The notes: a model not told the origin generated them from the letters alone. DNA of 64,000 nucleotides from Bugula neritina (GCA_964035545.1 OZ037765.1:26659504-26723503), one strand, 5' to 3'; positions 39,505 to 54,444 are shown, counted from the stretch's first letter. Program-made: numbers and translations.

Positions 39505-42307
39505 AGGTCATTCTGTGTCAAATCAACAAAAATTTCAGGAAGTCCCACATCTTTGCGTCTCCGATTTTGTTCCTGTTTACACCGAATTGGCCTACACATT
39601 TTCTGAGTACTATTGTTGAATATTTCTGGCCTGACACAAAAACCTTTTGAGAAATGACTACTTCTGTGAACAAAAGTTGAGAAAAATTTTGAGAAAAATT
39701 TGTGATTTTTACTTTTAGACCAATTTATAAACGTCCATATCTCAATCGTTTTTTTAGACTGAGCCTTGAAATCTGCTGTGTGATTTGGCACCTATCAATT
39801 TTTACTAGTAGTAACACATACTACAGGATACTTAGTATGCATATATGCTAATCCATTGAATGTTAGCAAACTTTTGTAAATTTTTGAAAATCACAAAAGG
39901 CTTTAATTTTTATTTTACTTTCATTAAGTTTTATTCATAAATAGTTGATTATGACGACTTTATACTCCTCAATTTGTGCAATTTTAAAAATAACATTTTC
40001 CGAGATATAGACACCCAAAGTGAAGAAAATGTAAAAATTCAGCCGACTTCACACGGATGTAATCCGATGTTTGAATACAGTAAAATCTTTAAAACTAGCA
40101 TTTTCTGTAAGGTCATTTAGTGTATTTGGTAGATTCATAGGTTTGAACAACCTTATATTGTTCAAACTTAACGTAAATCGCACGGAAGAATGGTATGTGT
40201 ACAAAAATCAACAAAATGCAATTTTTCAATATATGTTAGGATCATACATTTTTATTAGACTTTATTATATATATATTGGTCAAAATATCAAGTAGATACA
40301 CATATGATTCCTATATATGTCAAATCTACTGAAAGTTACAATGAAATCTGATTTGGGCGTAATATTGTAAAAAAAGTCTGCCGTTGGGCATTATATGATA
40401 TTCCCATCAAGTTTCAGGTAGCTATTATTATTTCTGTAAATGAATGATTTGAAACAGCTGAAATCTTGCTGGAATCAAGTATATTACGTAGCTGAGGCAA
40501 GAGTGGTTTCAAAAACACGCCCAAATATAACACTATGGCCCTGAACACAATAGACCTAACGGATTTAGTGAAGGGGTGTTTAATACATGCCGGAAATAAT
40601 TGTGGGTTTTGAAACAGATGTGCCTAAATATAGCAGCATGGCCCTAACCTCACCCTAATTTGGTCAGTACTGGTTAAAAATTCAAGTAATTGGCCCCATG
40701 CCATGTCTAATGTTCATCTTCCTGAAACAAAATTACAACTCTTTTTCATAACTGGAAACAATGATCTTCCAACTTAAGTATCTGATTCAGACAGAACTCC
40801 TTTTGCAGTCTTCTGGCTTGCCATGTAAGGTAATTGTTTACTCCAAAGTCAATGGATGTCGTATCAATGATCCAGTTTTCTGGTGCCAATGATGAAGAGG
40901 AACTCCACCCAGAAGCAACAAATGTCTGTATAAAGCCTAGTAATAATGAAGATTTGAACAAATTATTATGTCCCTTGAATAAGAACGTGAAAGTTTCCTT
41001 GCGACTAGAGAAGGTCCAGTTATTGGCATTAGCACGGAAAGCTGGACCATCGATAGAACAGCCACAGAATTTGGAGCAAACAATTACCTGGCCCAGCAAG
41101 CCAGAAAATTGCAAAGGGAATCCTGTTTGAACCAGATGCTAAAGTTGGAAGACCATTCTCTCTACATTTAAAAGAAAAATTTGTAGATATTTTGAGGATG
41201 ATGAATATTATACTTAGCCTGGGGCAAATCACTGACCTAATTAGGATGAGGCTAGGACCATTCGACCTAATTCGGCCTATTGTGTTTAGGGCCATGGCAC
41301 TATATTTAAACACGTTTTTTAAAGACACCCTTAACTCAGTTGCTTAATGTAATTGATTCCAGCAAGACTTCAGCTATTTCACACCATGCACTCACAGAAA
41401 TAACAATTGTTACCTGAAAATTGATGGGAATATCATATAACGCCAATTTGCACACAAATCAGATTTCATTGCAACTTTCAGTAGATTTGACATATATAGG
41501 AATCATATATATATCTACTTGATATTTTGACCAATATGAATAATAAAAAATGTATGATCCTTAACATATTATATTGAAAACTTGCATTTTGTCAATTTCA
41601 TACGCATACCATTTCCACGTGATTTACATTAAGTTTGGACAATATAAGGATACTCCAACTTATGAATCTACAAAATGCACTAAATGACCTTACAGAAAAT
41701 GCTTGTTTGAAAGATTTTACTGTATTCAAACATCTGGTTACATCCTTGTGAAGTCGGCCGGATTTTCACATTTTCTTTACTTTGGGTGTCTATATCTTGG
41801 AAACTATTGTTTTTAAAATTACACAAATTGAGGAATATAAAATCACCATAATCAACTATTTATGGATAAAAATTTATAAAACTAAAATAAAAATAAAAGC
41901 CTTTTATGATGTGGCGAATATTCGAAATTTTTCAAAATTTAAAAAAAAATTGTCAATATTTAATGGCTTAGTATATATGCACACAAAAATTTTTGTAGTA
42001 TGTGTTACTACCAGTGCAAATTGATAGGTGTCAGCAAATCACACAGCAAATTTCAAGACTCAGTCTAGACAAATGATTAAGATATGGACGTTAATAAATT
42101 GGTATAAAAGTAAAAATCACAAATTTGGCTCAAAATTTTTCCCAACTTTTGTTCCCGGAAGTAGTCATTTCTCAAAAGGTTTTTATGTCAGGCCAGAAAT
42201 ATTTAAGAATAGCACTCAGGACATGTGTAGGTTCATTCGGTGTAAATATGCACAAAATCTGAGACGCAAAGACGTGGGCCATTTGTTGAGTTCACGCAGA
42301 ATGACCC
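39505..42307. mobile_element. Sola2-type DNA transposon derivative, foldback structure with ~1.3-1.4 kb inverted arms and 4-bp TATT TSD
   Basis: Ends (a)ggtcattctgtgtcaaatcaac / gttgagttcacgcagaatgaccc, flanked by tatt at 39501-39504 and 42308-42311. Arms 39505-~40895 and ~41025-42307 are reverse complements. Frameshifted peptide EKVQLLALA/ESWTIDRTATEFGANNYLAQQARKL/KGILFEPDAKVGRP/YFEDDEY resembles the Sola2 transposase N-terminal region (from my recall of the family). Confidence 0.8.
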
Positions 42308-42442
42308 TATTGTTAATGCTATCTACCTCTTTGCTAGAAGTAGAAGAGCTAAGGCATAATCCTAATTTGATAATGATAAAATATTGATCATAGTCAAAGT
42401 GAAAGCCCCACAAGTCCAGACTGAAAGAGTCAAAGAGATCAC

Positions 42443-42630
42443 TTTGAGGCAGATGCAGTAATGAAGAAATTTATTGAGAAAAGCCTGTGTTCTAGATTAG
42501 AAATGTAGCATAAAGAGATATCATTATGCTCCCGCAAGAATTCAATCCGCGCCCCATACCAAAATTTAATAATAAAATTAGAGCTTAGGCTATCTCAATT
42601 TTTCCACTACTGCTCCTAAATGATCACTTA
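42443..42630. mobile_element. MITE copy (family of 25011-25190), reverse orientation
   Basis: gcagtaatgaagaaat...gagaaaagcctgtgttctagattagaaatgtagca...taggctatctcaatttttccactactgctcctaaatg. Confidence 0.7.
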
Positions 42631-45600
42631 CACTTTCACTTATTTTTAATCACGTATCACTAGAATTAGAAATAGAGTGCTACTAGTATTCGCCTACTGC
42701 TAGAGCCTAGACTCTAGGGCTGACTCACTCTCAGTAACACTAATTAGTAACTGCTATTGCTAAGCTTTGAGTTCATATAAGAAAACTTTAAACTTTCACT
42801 AACTTTAGGTGAAATTGCAATGACAATTTAAATTATTATAAATACTTTTATAATTATAATTTAAAAAATCTAAATTATGTTTAATTTTATAATTATATAA
42901 TAAATATAACAGTTTTATTAATAATAATGTATATGTTGAATTAAATATTAATCTGTATCAAATTGTGATTATCTTTATCTTATACTTATAAATAATAACA
43001 TTAGCATTAACTGTTAAGTGATTGACTGAGAGTCATACTTAATCTTATGCTTATAGTTAAACTTAATAATAAATATAATATTATCAAATTTAACATTAAT
43101 TATTATTATTATTATAATTATATAAATTTAAATTATTTATTTTTAATTTTATTTTTATAAGCATGTAAATAATAAATATTGTAAATCAAAATGCGGTATA
43201 AAATCAGCTTTTTGAAAATATCAACCATTTCATAATTACATTCAAAAAATGTGTGCATAAATATTTAAAAAAAACTTACACAATAGTATAAGTTATTGAG
43301 ATTGTCACTGTCACAATGAGTTCATATTCATTGTGATTACGATTTTGTTGAACACAGATTTGCCTGTAACACGCGAAAAATAAATAAACATCTGCTCGCT
43401 TTGCGTAATTAGTTAAAAAATCGCTTGAAACCGCACTAAGTTGGCAGCCATTTAGTGCATTGCTGGAAAAGTTTGAAGTTTCGACAACGATGCATACGCG
43501 AATACTGTACTCAGCTACTCCTTAACCTGGTGCTGCTTCTAGCATTAGTTTAACTGTGTTTACGCTTAAGCTAATCGATTGCTGTCGTACGGAAGCCTAT
43601 TGGTGCCGTTGTAGTTTAGAGCACGTTTTGGACCATGGTCTTTGTTGCGTATATCATAGAAATATACCAAGTATAACTCTATCCAAAAGTCAAAGTCGTA
43701 ATAAAATAACATGTATTTCAGTATTTTATCGTAACTTTATAATAAAGCTAATTTTAGCTTAGTTTAAATAATATCTCAAACAAATTTAAATATAAAGTAA
43801 TTTTAAAAGAGAACATAATAATCTTGAAGTAAAAGTCGGTCCTCTAAAGAGTAAAGACTACCACTATGAGCTGGAGTATACTTGAAAATCAATGAAATTT
43901 GACAGCAAAATCATATGCTTTCAAGTTACAAAACCATGCATGTGTACCAACTTTCTTCATTTGCTGTACTTAAGATAATATTTATACATAATATCATCAA
44001 ATATTTCTAGCTTTCCAAATGACCATCGATGTAAATATTTTAGGTCTACAGTTGTACACATAACGGGGATGTAATTGCTTACATATAGATTACTAGTTAT
44101 GGAGCTAGAATGACATGAAAATATAGTTATCCTCTAGTGCTGGTTAACACTATTTGCTTTGTAATTATGATAAATTATAATATTATATTGCATTGCATTG
44201 TTTTGTGATCATGCATATTCCTTACCTGATGTTGATCATGGGGAGACAAAAAATATGGTCCTACACTTCAAGTCATACGTGATTTATCAAAGAAATTTAA
44301 ACATGATTTGAGCAAGTGAAGAGGTGGTGAAGATATACTTATTCTCACCTAACTCCGCTTTGTCCTATTTGTCCTGGTGTATAATATTATACTCAACTTC
44401 TTGCTGAAAACAAGATAATAATTTTGGTCTAAAATAATATTATGCCTATAATCCGATATATAGATTGTGTTCAACCAAGAGTGATCATACAGCTACCCAA
44501 TAATGTCCTCTTAATGCAATCTTATTTGTAAGAGAAATTTATTAGTAAAATTAGATTCTCATATACTGAAATGAATTTGGGTTTTAGGCATTATAGAACG
44601 CTGCTTTCATGATTGAAATAATTTTTAGTATACCTGCAACATGTATGCACCATACACAAAGTTTATTTGCAACTTGTTTTTTAATGTCGCGCATTAAAAG
44701 TGCTAACCACTTGAACTAGGTAAACACTCACTGTGCCACCCAGAGTTACCTTTCCTTTGCAACATGTTCCTGTTATAACAATCAAGTACAATGATTAGTA
44801 TAATTAGTAAAATGCTTCTATTTTAACGATGATTTCAGAGGTTTCCAGAAACTTTTTAAATAGTAGGTTCTTCAAGGCATACCCTATTTTAACAAGCATG
44901 CAGATATGTGAAACATATACAAATAACATTCTACAACCATGGCTGTTAATTAAACTTATGCACAGTTTAATAAAAAGCCTGATAATTTATAACTCGCTTT
45001 AAAATTGCTCTTTCTGAAAGCAGCTGAACCTTAGTTAAATGCCTCATCTATTTGAAAGACATTTGCAGAGTATATATAGACATGCAAGCATGTTTGTCGT
45101 ATTAAAGACACATCTTATATATTATTATAAACATCATCACTATATTGCTTTATCCTCAAATTAAATTAATTGTTTTGCGAAAGACATAGCTGGAATTAAT
45201 GTATGCCTACTTACATTGAACATTTTTGAGATAAATGTAATCACACTTTTGGTAAAGATTTTTTTTTATTGGAAAGCTTTTTATTGTATTTGATATACTT
45301 TCAAGAAATTTTTTAATGAAATAAAAATAATGTTAAAAAACAGAATAAGCATAGTGAGGACCAGTCTAATGGATTGCATAAAATAGACTATCTAGATAAA
45401 CACCACATGCATGCTTGTTATTTACACAGCCTATCAAATAGATAACATACCATCAGTAAATCTCCAAGACAAAATATGAAGATATCATGCTTGAAATGTA
45501 GTTTTGGCACCAGTACTATGATAACTATAGTGTTGAAGGGTGATGCAACTACCATAACCTTGCTATTCTAAGGTGAGTGTATCAATAATGAAATAAATAA

Positions 45601-45736
45601 GAATTTTTTAAATATAAAGAGATCTATATTAGATACAGCAAAACTTGCTAGCTGAATTCAGGCTATAGCTTATGCATAGTAGTTTTAGATGCTCAACACT
45701 CTTGCTTTCTAGTTAGTCTTCCTTATCAAACTGACT

Positions 45737-45792
45737 GTGTATGTGTGTGTGCGTGCGTGTGTGCGTGTGTGCGTGTGTGCGTGTGTATGTGT
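45737..45792. repeat. (TG/CG)n compound microsatellite
   Basis: gtgtgtgcgtgcgtgtgtgcgtgtgt... Confidence 0.9.
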
Positions 45793-46070
45793 TAACTGGT
45801 GAAGAGACCGCAATGGCTTTCTGTAATATTAGTTATTATAATTCTTTATAATAAACAAAGGCTGGCTTCTAAACCTACATTAAGCTAGATGACGTCCTTT
45901 TGTCAGCTCCTTCATACTAGGTATCATACAATTATGCTATTTATATATTTATTTATTGTTGTCTTACAGAACACAGAATGTTTTTATATTAACTCATATC
46001 TTGCAAATTTACTAGCATAGATATCTTTTTTAGGAAATTGCTGCAAGTACCTCAACATTAAGTTTTAGTA

Positions 46071-49000
46071 ATGGTGTCTCGAGTGTTGAAAGAGTTGTGG
46101 TGGTTTAGGTCTACTATCATAATGGTAGCCACTCCACTACTTTTAACTCTTATTTTACCATTCTATAAGGAGATGGGACTCACAAAACCAGTAAGCAATT
46201 TTATCAGCGAATGTTTTAAGATAGAGGTCAACTAGTTGCCTGAACTTTTGTATTTTTCAATGATTTCACTGAATTTAAATGAATAATTGTATGATTTAGG
46301 CCTGTAATTGTCTGTATATGCTGCTGCTAATGGCCGTGTACTGGTGCACGGAGACAATACCATTGGCTGTTACATCGTTACTCCCTCTAGTTCTGTCTCC
46401 ACTTCTTTCCATTATGAAAGCAGAAGACGTTGCGAAACTCTACCTCAAGGTAAAGAAATAGTTTATAATCAGCTCCCAGTTGGGGTGATTGAGTGCAATA
46501 GTTTGGGATTCTTGAGTTTGAAGTTGGGGGCTTAGGTTGGAGCTTGTAACTCAAAACTCGAGAATCTCAAACTACTGCATTTAGTCACCCCCAACTCGGA
46601 GCTGCTTATAGAACAACTCCAAGGTAAGCTCAGATGAAATATTAGACTAGATATTGAATATAGCCTTAGAAACATATGAGTTCCTGGGTATTGCTTGTTG
46701 TAGGACTTGAATGTTATGTTTATGGGTGGTCTAATGGTGGCCGCTGTAATAGAGCACAGTCAACTGCACAAGCGTATATCCCTTGCCATTCTCTACAGGG
46801 TTGGAACAAATCCTCGTCTTTTAATGTTAGGTAAGTGCATGCTATAACAAAGGTGATGCAGATGCTTTTTTGATACAAAATCTAAGTATGCAAAATTATT
46901 GAAAAATTTTGAATGGTTCTAGCAATAAAACTTGTCTCAAAAACACTTATACAGAGATTTTATAACAGCTGTTATATAATAACTTTTAGAAATTAATTAT
47001 CTTGCCAAATCGGATATTGACATTTTTAAAATTAATTAATATTTTTAAAGATATATATACAAATAATAATTGCTAAAAGGATTAAGTATCTCTGTTGACT
47101 GTATGCTGAAAACATGCCAAAGAAGTGATCTAAAGGCATATAGTGAGTGCTCTTACCACTCTGGTTCATGGAATCATCAAACCACACTATATACAAAAAC
47201 TTGATTAAATTAGATAGTAGGTGTACGTACTAGCTAGGAATGTATGCAATGCATAATGTAAAAATTGTCATGATTTAGTGACTATATTATGAAGGGTTTT
47301 ATCTGCACTATTCTTCAAAATCCTGTAAATGCTTTATAGCTTTATAATGTTTCATTCTTTGGCAAAGGTGTACTTGTTCTATTTTTACCACATATAAAAA
47401 ACATTACTAAGAGAAGCATGGAATAGCTTATTATACCAAATTTCATTCGTCATGGCTATATTGGTTGGACAGATATTCTTTTATTTGTTAATATTGCTCA
47501 CTAATGGCAGAATTTTTTCATTTTGATCACTCAAGTGAATATTTGTAGCATGGTTCCAAACTATCAAATAAAAATTGTTTAATGGGTTTATAACCTAGCA
47601 TCCATATTGCAGCATTGCTCATTAAACATATAATTACAGAAAATTTGTATCAAAGTTTACCACGAAGGAATTAATTTACAAATTTTATTGAAATACTAGT
47701 GTGTATGCTACTATGTCACAATAATTGTTTTCTAAATGGTTCAAATTTTATGCAATGCAGCCAAACCCTGAAAATGATGGACATAATTTTGACAACCACA
47801 TCAAGATGCAAAGCATCATGGTGAGAACAATTCCTAATTAAAAATTAAATAATAGACCGTACATTGTTAAAAGGGTCTATTAACAACAACATTCCTTTCT
47901 GCCTTTTTTCTTGCTAACATAAAGCCTGTTTATACCTGCTTTTGGGTGTGCTGTATGATTGGTTTCCTTGTCTTCCTATATATCTCTTTCGGATCAACAA
48001 ATGTTCAGCTGTGTGCAGCACTGCTAAAACTGCACATGTTCCAAGTATTATCATTCCTAATGTTATAACATATTATTGTCATTATTAGCAGCTGCTGCAT
48101 TCCTAATACTCATGTTCCTTAGGTTATTGAAAATATTCTCCATTCCTTTTTTTAATAGGGTTTATGCTACCAACTTGGTTCTTGTCCATGTGGATAAGTA
48201 ATACAGCCACCACAGCTATGATGGTAGCCATTCTGCAAGCAGTTATATCTCAACTCAACAGTGAGCAGTTGAAAGTAGAAAGTACAACATCTGGAGAGCT
48301 CACCAATGAAGCTTTTGAGCTCAATGAAAAGAACCCTCCTGAACGGACGAATGATATTGGTGAAGCTACAGCTAACATAGAAGATGATGAAAATATAGTG
48401 TACACAAATCCTAAGTGGACTAATACAAACAAGGCTCTCAGTCTATGCGTTTGCTATGCTGCTACATGTGGTGGTATTGCAACTCTAACTGGAACTGCTC
48501 CAAACATCGTTCTTGGTGAAAATGTAAACAGGTACAATAGGAAATGCATTATACCACAGATATTGTGCATATCTATAAAGCTCTGATTAGTATACTATTT
48601 ATAATTATATTATAATGTTTTCATATTACATTCATCAATATGGATTTTGTGATAAAGCACTCTCACCATAGCTGCCATCAAGCTGTTGCCACTAAACCAG
48701 GGGCAATGAGCACTATCACTGTGTTTCCATGACTTCCAATGGATGCTCCTACAATGAATTTGTGGTTGTGGTTTGCAACTTATACTTGTAGATTCATTCA
48801 ACGCAGCTTTTTTCAAACATGGAAAAATTATTCGCAAACTTGGAAACGAAATGTATGACTTGCATTAACCAATAGTTCCTTCTGTTGTGAAGGTGTGAGC
48901 CATATGGCACCCAGCCCTGCAGTAAATATGGAACAAACAATAACTATACACAAATATAGTAATTTTGACATGCATTTCTTGACAAGCAACAGATACTAAA

Positions 49001-52000
49001 TGAAAGGTATTCATCTTATAAAGAATTATAATATTCTAATAGAGTTGCAGAGGAGCTAAACCTTACAGACTTCAGTGTTGATTTTGCTACTTGGATGGGA
49101 TTTGGATTTCCTCTATCACTGATGATGGTTCTGATATCGTGGTTATGGCTACAAATGTTTTTCATTGGGTTCAGGTTAGCTATCACTTGTGTCAAATATA
49201 AAATCTTTAGCAAGAATAAAACTGAGTGCTATAGCTGCTAAATAGAGCTGCTGTAATAAATGCCGCAAACCTTAAATTATGCAAGATAAAATTAGGAAAA
49301 ACACGTGTAGGGCTAAAAAAGTGCTAAAAAGGTTGTTCAGATATTCTGTTAATTCCGAGAGCAAATATGCACCGAAATTTTTGTTTCAAATAGTTTGACA
49401 AGAGCTATATTAATAAACATGTTATATAATATTTTAAAAGAATTAAGTCATATCAAAACTTGAGTTCTACTTGAATCAGTTTGCTTTATGTTAACAGATG
49501 CAATACACAAACAGCTGAAGAGAGGCTGCAGATTCAAACTGTAATATCAAACGCCTATCAGGACCTTGGACCAATCACATTTAAGGAAATTGTTGCTTTA
49601 TTACACTTCATTCTGTTAGCCCTACTGTGGATCAGCAGAAACCCTGGCAATGTAGGCGGGTGGTCATCACTCTTCCCAAAAGGGTAAAGTATGTCTACAG
49701 TCTACACAATACAAGGTTAACTAGTGAGAATAATATCCTGTCACTCACTTTTCTAACCTGTTTATTGCTAAGTGCTGCTGTCTTATCTCAAAGTGAGAAC
49801 TCAAGTGGTTTAAAGGGGATTTTATCTCGAATAACTGCTTTATTTCCTTAGCCAGGCTTTCAAATAGGTTATCCGAAATCAGTTATCAAAAAGTATACTC
49901 TATTGAAACAGTTTTATTGAAACATTAGGTACTTATAGCCAAAATTTTACATCAACTTCCTTATAAGTGTCTCATAATGTAGTGGAGCGCACACTTCAAT
50001 CAATAAAATTACTACTTTCGAAGACAATAAAACACCAAAATAAAGTTGCATGCATGAGAATGAAACTTTGTTTCCGTGTAACCAACAAATCTCTGCTGAA
50101 AAGGAATATTCTAAAATATGTTGGTTTATATCTAAAAATAGCATTATTTTAATCCAGTATTATGTTCTTTAGTATTGGAGGTATTCGGCAATTTAATATA
50201 TGTATATAACTTATATTACTCATGCCCAGCTGAATAATAATAGCCAAGACTGTGGTAGATTTATTTTCCTACCAAATGGCTATAATTATAAAATGGAAGC
50301 ATGGTTAGCATAAACAATAAAATGATGCAAAATGTGCCAAAGAGCATTCTTTGAGTCCAGTATAATGCAATTTATAATTTACCATCAAGTTATATAATAC
50401 ACACACTACTGCAAGCTAAAGTATGTCTTTCAATATTGTATTCACTTGTCACCTATTATACTTCTTCGATGGCCTTTTCTGTGAGCTTTTGAAAAGTTTA
50501 ATGTTGATAACAATTAAATTTCAGTTGTTAACTTATCATATTTATTTTTGCTGGTACTTTTTTAAATAATGAAATGCTACACTAGCTTCTGTTGATTATA
50601 GCTATTTGCCTATACTGCCCTTATAAATATTGTTGGAGTAACAAAAACTCTTTTATTCATATTTATTCTTGTATCATATATTTATATTGATATGTAAGTT
50701 GAAACTTTTCAATGTCTCCAATTATTAATAGTCTAAGTATCTTCGTAATTTTAGATATGTCACTGATGCTACAGCAGCCATTTTCATCGTCATCTTGACC
50801 TTCCTTTGGCCTTCAGAAATGCCAGACATGTGCTGTCTAAGAGGAGGTTGTGGCCGTCCTGAAGGACATAAAGTTAGGCACCGGAAGCCATTGATCACAT
50901 GGGAGTCCATCGCTCACACAGTTCCTTGGGGTCTCATTCTTCTTCTGGGTGGAGGCTTTGCTTTAGCTGAAAGTATTAAGGTACTGCTTTAGAGTTCTGG
51001 TGTAGCTGGAGTGAAAGTTTGAATGAAGTCGTTTTTGTCGTGGCACTACCAAATATTTTATAACCCGCCACGGCAGTGAAAGGTGACCAAAAGTGACCAC
51101 TACCAAATATTTTATAAATGATCAGTACTGTGCCTAAAACAATAGAAATGTACATGTAAATTATTAATAAGTTGTATAACTGTTAAACATACAAGTGTAT
51201 GCTTACCAGTTATATAGTTAGAGAATATATTGTCTTTGCAACTCTTAATATAATATACTGAGCCCTTTACTCCCCTCCCTATCTTATTCACTATCTCGAT
51301 GAAACAATTTACATGCTTATAGATTTCTTGCTTTGATAATTGCTTAATCTCTTCCCATACTTCTTTATTTGCTATTCTTTCTCTCACTTTTTCCAGACAT
51401 CAAAAAAAAGAAAAAAATATATATAAATTTGAACTTTACCGCTCTAGCACTAAAGCATATTATATAATATTTTAATATGCTCTACCAAGCACTCAAGTGC
51501 AAGTTAGATTGTTTCACATTCTCTTCAAATAGAAAAATTGATATTCATTTTCAATATTTGATATTTTTGCATTTCCATTGCTCCAATTTTAGGTTTCAGG
51601 CTTATCGGAAATCATTGGAAAGAGTTTAAGTTTCTTTGCCAGCTGGCCCACCTGGGGCATTGTCATGTGCTTGGGTGCTATCACAGCCTCTATCACAGAG
51701 TTTACTAGTAACACAGCAATCTCTACAATATTTCTGCCAATTGTTGACAGTGTGGTTAGTAGACATCTACTTCATAACATGACTGCGGTCTCTTTTTTGA
51801 GCAATTATACTTCAAAAAAATTAAAATGCTTTACAATAAAATTCCTAAAAGAAGGCAAGTATATTAAAGTAGTTGAGTGATAAAATAAAATAGACAGAGC
51901 AAAATTTAAATTATTCTAAAAAGTGTTATTCATGTATTTTATGACCAACAAACGTGATTTCATACATATTTTAATATTATGCTTCTCGTAGCAAATTATA

Positions 52001-53613
52001 TTTATTTCACATTAGCTTATTATTTTTTCTTAAATAAAGCAGCATATAGAGTAATATAGCAAGATAATATAAACAAGTTTTTAAAAAATATTTGCCAGGT
52101 CATAATAAAATGATGACACTACAGAAGATAAATGTCTCATCTATAAATTAAATAATTATTTAATATTATTCATTATGTCCAGTAAGAGCATTTGAAATGA
52201 TACTTTAATCTTAAACATTTTCATTTTAGATTAAATTTACTAGAATTAGCTTTAGTAATTCCCATTTCAAACTATTAACCTCTACATAGAAGCAGGTTTG
52301 TCATATATTATATAGTGCTTATGTAAAATATTTTTCCTAAGTCAACTTATAAAACATATGTTAGCCACTTTTTAAAGAAAGCACTGAAGAACTTAAAAAT
52401 TATATACAATTATATACATATCAAAACAATATGCAGCAAAATAAGCTTTTTGCCAATAATTTTCACATTCATTTGATATTTTCATATATTGAAATCTTAT
52501 TGTTGATTGCAGGGTTATATATTTTGTGTATGTAACGGCAACAATTACTGATTAAGTACTTTTTTACATTATTCTTTATAGTCTATGTTATATTTACAGC
52601 CTGCCCCATGTTTGAATGTTGATAATAGCTATGTAAGACAATTAAATTCTTTTAGGCTAGAGAGCTGAAACTTAACCCGCTGTACTTAATGTTGCCAGTT
52701 GCCGCATCGGCATCATTTGCTTTCATGCTGCCCGTTGCAACACCTCCCAATGCACTGGTGTTTGCCACTAAAGTCTTGTCTATTAGAGACATGGTAAGCC
52801 ATATAGAATCCTTAATATTCACGTAACGTACAGCCAATACAATACTCATATGTACAGCCAATACGAATCTCAACCTTTCACCTTTTTGAAAAGAAGTGTT
52901 TGTTTTGATTCAATAATTGTTTTATTCTGCTAATACATGCTATAGGCATAATCAGTGTAAATACGTGCATATTACTTATGCATGAAATATCATATTTTTA
53001 TTGGTGCATATAATAATATATTAGTTTTTATGTTTGAGCGCATGATATTATGAAAATCTTGTTTCTAAAAGCCCTACTAACTCAGTTTCAGAAAGAATGG
53101 TCTAAATTGAATAATATTTATGACTGTATTATATTACATTAGACCATGATGAGCAAATTGTCCACCATTTTCATCAGTATTTTTTTATCTTAAGATGTAA
53201 CAATTATGTTTTATGTTATTTTATGCTTAAATGCATGCATTGTCTTACATTATATTTTATCATATTGTATTATGCTATATTATAATGTATTATATTATGT
53301 TAAAATATACTATGTTTTTTATATTATATCATAATATGCTATATTACATTATGCTACATATATTATGTTATATTGTATTGCATTATATTATAGTGTTTAC
53401 ATTACATTGCATCATATTATATTGTATTGCATTATATTGAATTATATTATTATATTTCAGGCCAAGGCTGGAGTTGTTCTAAATATTATTGGAGTTTGTG
53501 TAGTTACCCTGGCAACAATGACATGGGGAGCTGCCATATTTAATTTAAATGAATTTGATTATTCTACAGGCATCAATGCTACTACTGCTTTTCTTCCTAT
53601 TACTACTACGTAA
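46071..53613 (+). CDS. SLC13-family Na+/di- or tricarboxylate cotransporter (SLC13A2/A5/INDY-like), ~588 aa
   Basis: Exons 46071-46190, 46300-46449, 46704-46830, 48159-48531, 49043-49174, 49498-49683, 50755-50980, 51593-51754, 52656-52793, 53461-53613 join in frame. Motifs YWCTETIPLAVTSLLP, LHKRI, SMWISNTAT, GGIATLTGTAPN, PWGLILLLGGGFALA, TEFTSNTA, FAFMLPVATPPNA. Confidence 0.93.
46464..46610. mobile_element. Hairpin MITE (family of 36068-36211) in SLC13 intron 2
   Basis: tataatcagctcccagttggggtga ... tcacccccaactcggagctgcttata. Confidence 0.75.
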
Positions 53614-54444
53614 TAATGTTTACAAAAAACAAACCACACCTTTATTTTTTAGTTAACTTTTATAAGCCTAGTTAACTAATATAATTGTCAGATAAACAAC
53701 ATTTGATACAAGTTATTATATTATATTATTATAATATATAAACTTTGTAAACATCTTTTGGTGATATTTTGCTATCATGAGATTATCAATTTGACTTTTG
53801 CAAAATTTATTAGATCATTTGTGCATTTCAACCCTAATATACATTTTATACTAGTTTTTAAGCTATTTATTTTGTAATGGTTTAGCAAAAAGGTCTTTTT
53901 TATATAATTTTGATATAATTAAAGTAGATTTGATTAGTGCAATCACTTAATGTTACATATAAGCTTTTAATTCAATAAGATTAATAATTTTATATACATT
54001 TAAAAAGCTTAAGTTTATTTTTTAATATGAATTGTTGAAGTTACAGGCTAGATATATTTTTAATCAAAGGAAGCTCAGTAAAAATAAAGATCATACATGA
54101 GAAAATTATTATTATTGTATAGAAGCAAAAATTAAACTTCTCATCCTAAATTCATAAATGCAAAAATTATAAAGCTTGAAATAGCTAGCTATATCACTTA
54201 TTGTGAGAGAGTACAGCTTAGTAGCCTAAGAAGAGAATTGAGCTAAGCTGTATTTACTGTATTAGTATTTTTACTCTACATAGAAATTACACACATAATT
54301 TTGTCCTTGTTGGCAGGATAATTATCAAGTTACATTTCCTTACATGACATAAATGTAATACTGTTGATAATATACAACATCTTAGTACAAGTCATTGCAC
54401 AGTGGCAAAGGTGCTGAGACACATAAGTGCACTACTACTACATG

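Noticed and set aside
39477-39791. Pair of similar ORFs (39477-39791 minus and 42028-42387 plus) suggesting duplicated genes
   Set aside because: They are chance open frames within the two TIR arms of the Sola element.
51043-51117. 20-bp direct repeat cactaccaaatattttataa around ggcagtgaaagg (piggyBac-like end?)
   Set aside because: Only one short end-like motif, with no partner TIR or TTAA; too weak to call.
53231-53440. Hydrophobic Tyr/Ile-rich ORFs (also 11309-11596, 13831-14016)
   Set aside because: Translation artefacts of AT-rich simple repeats in introns and intergenic DNA.
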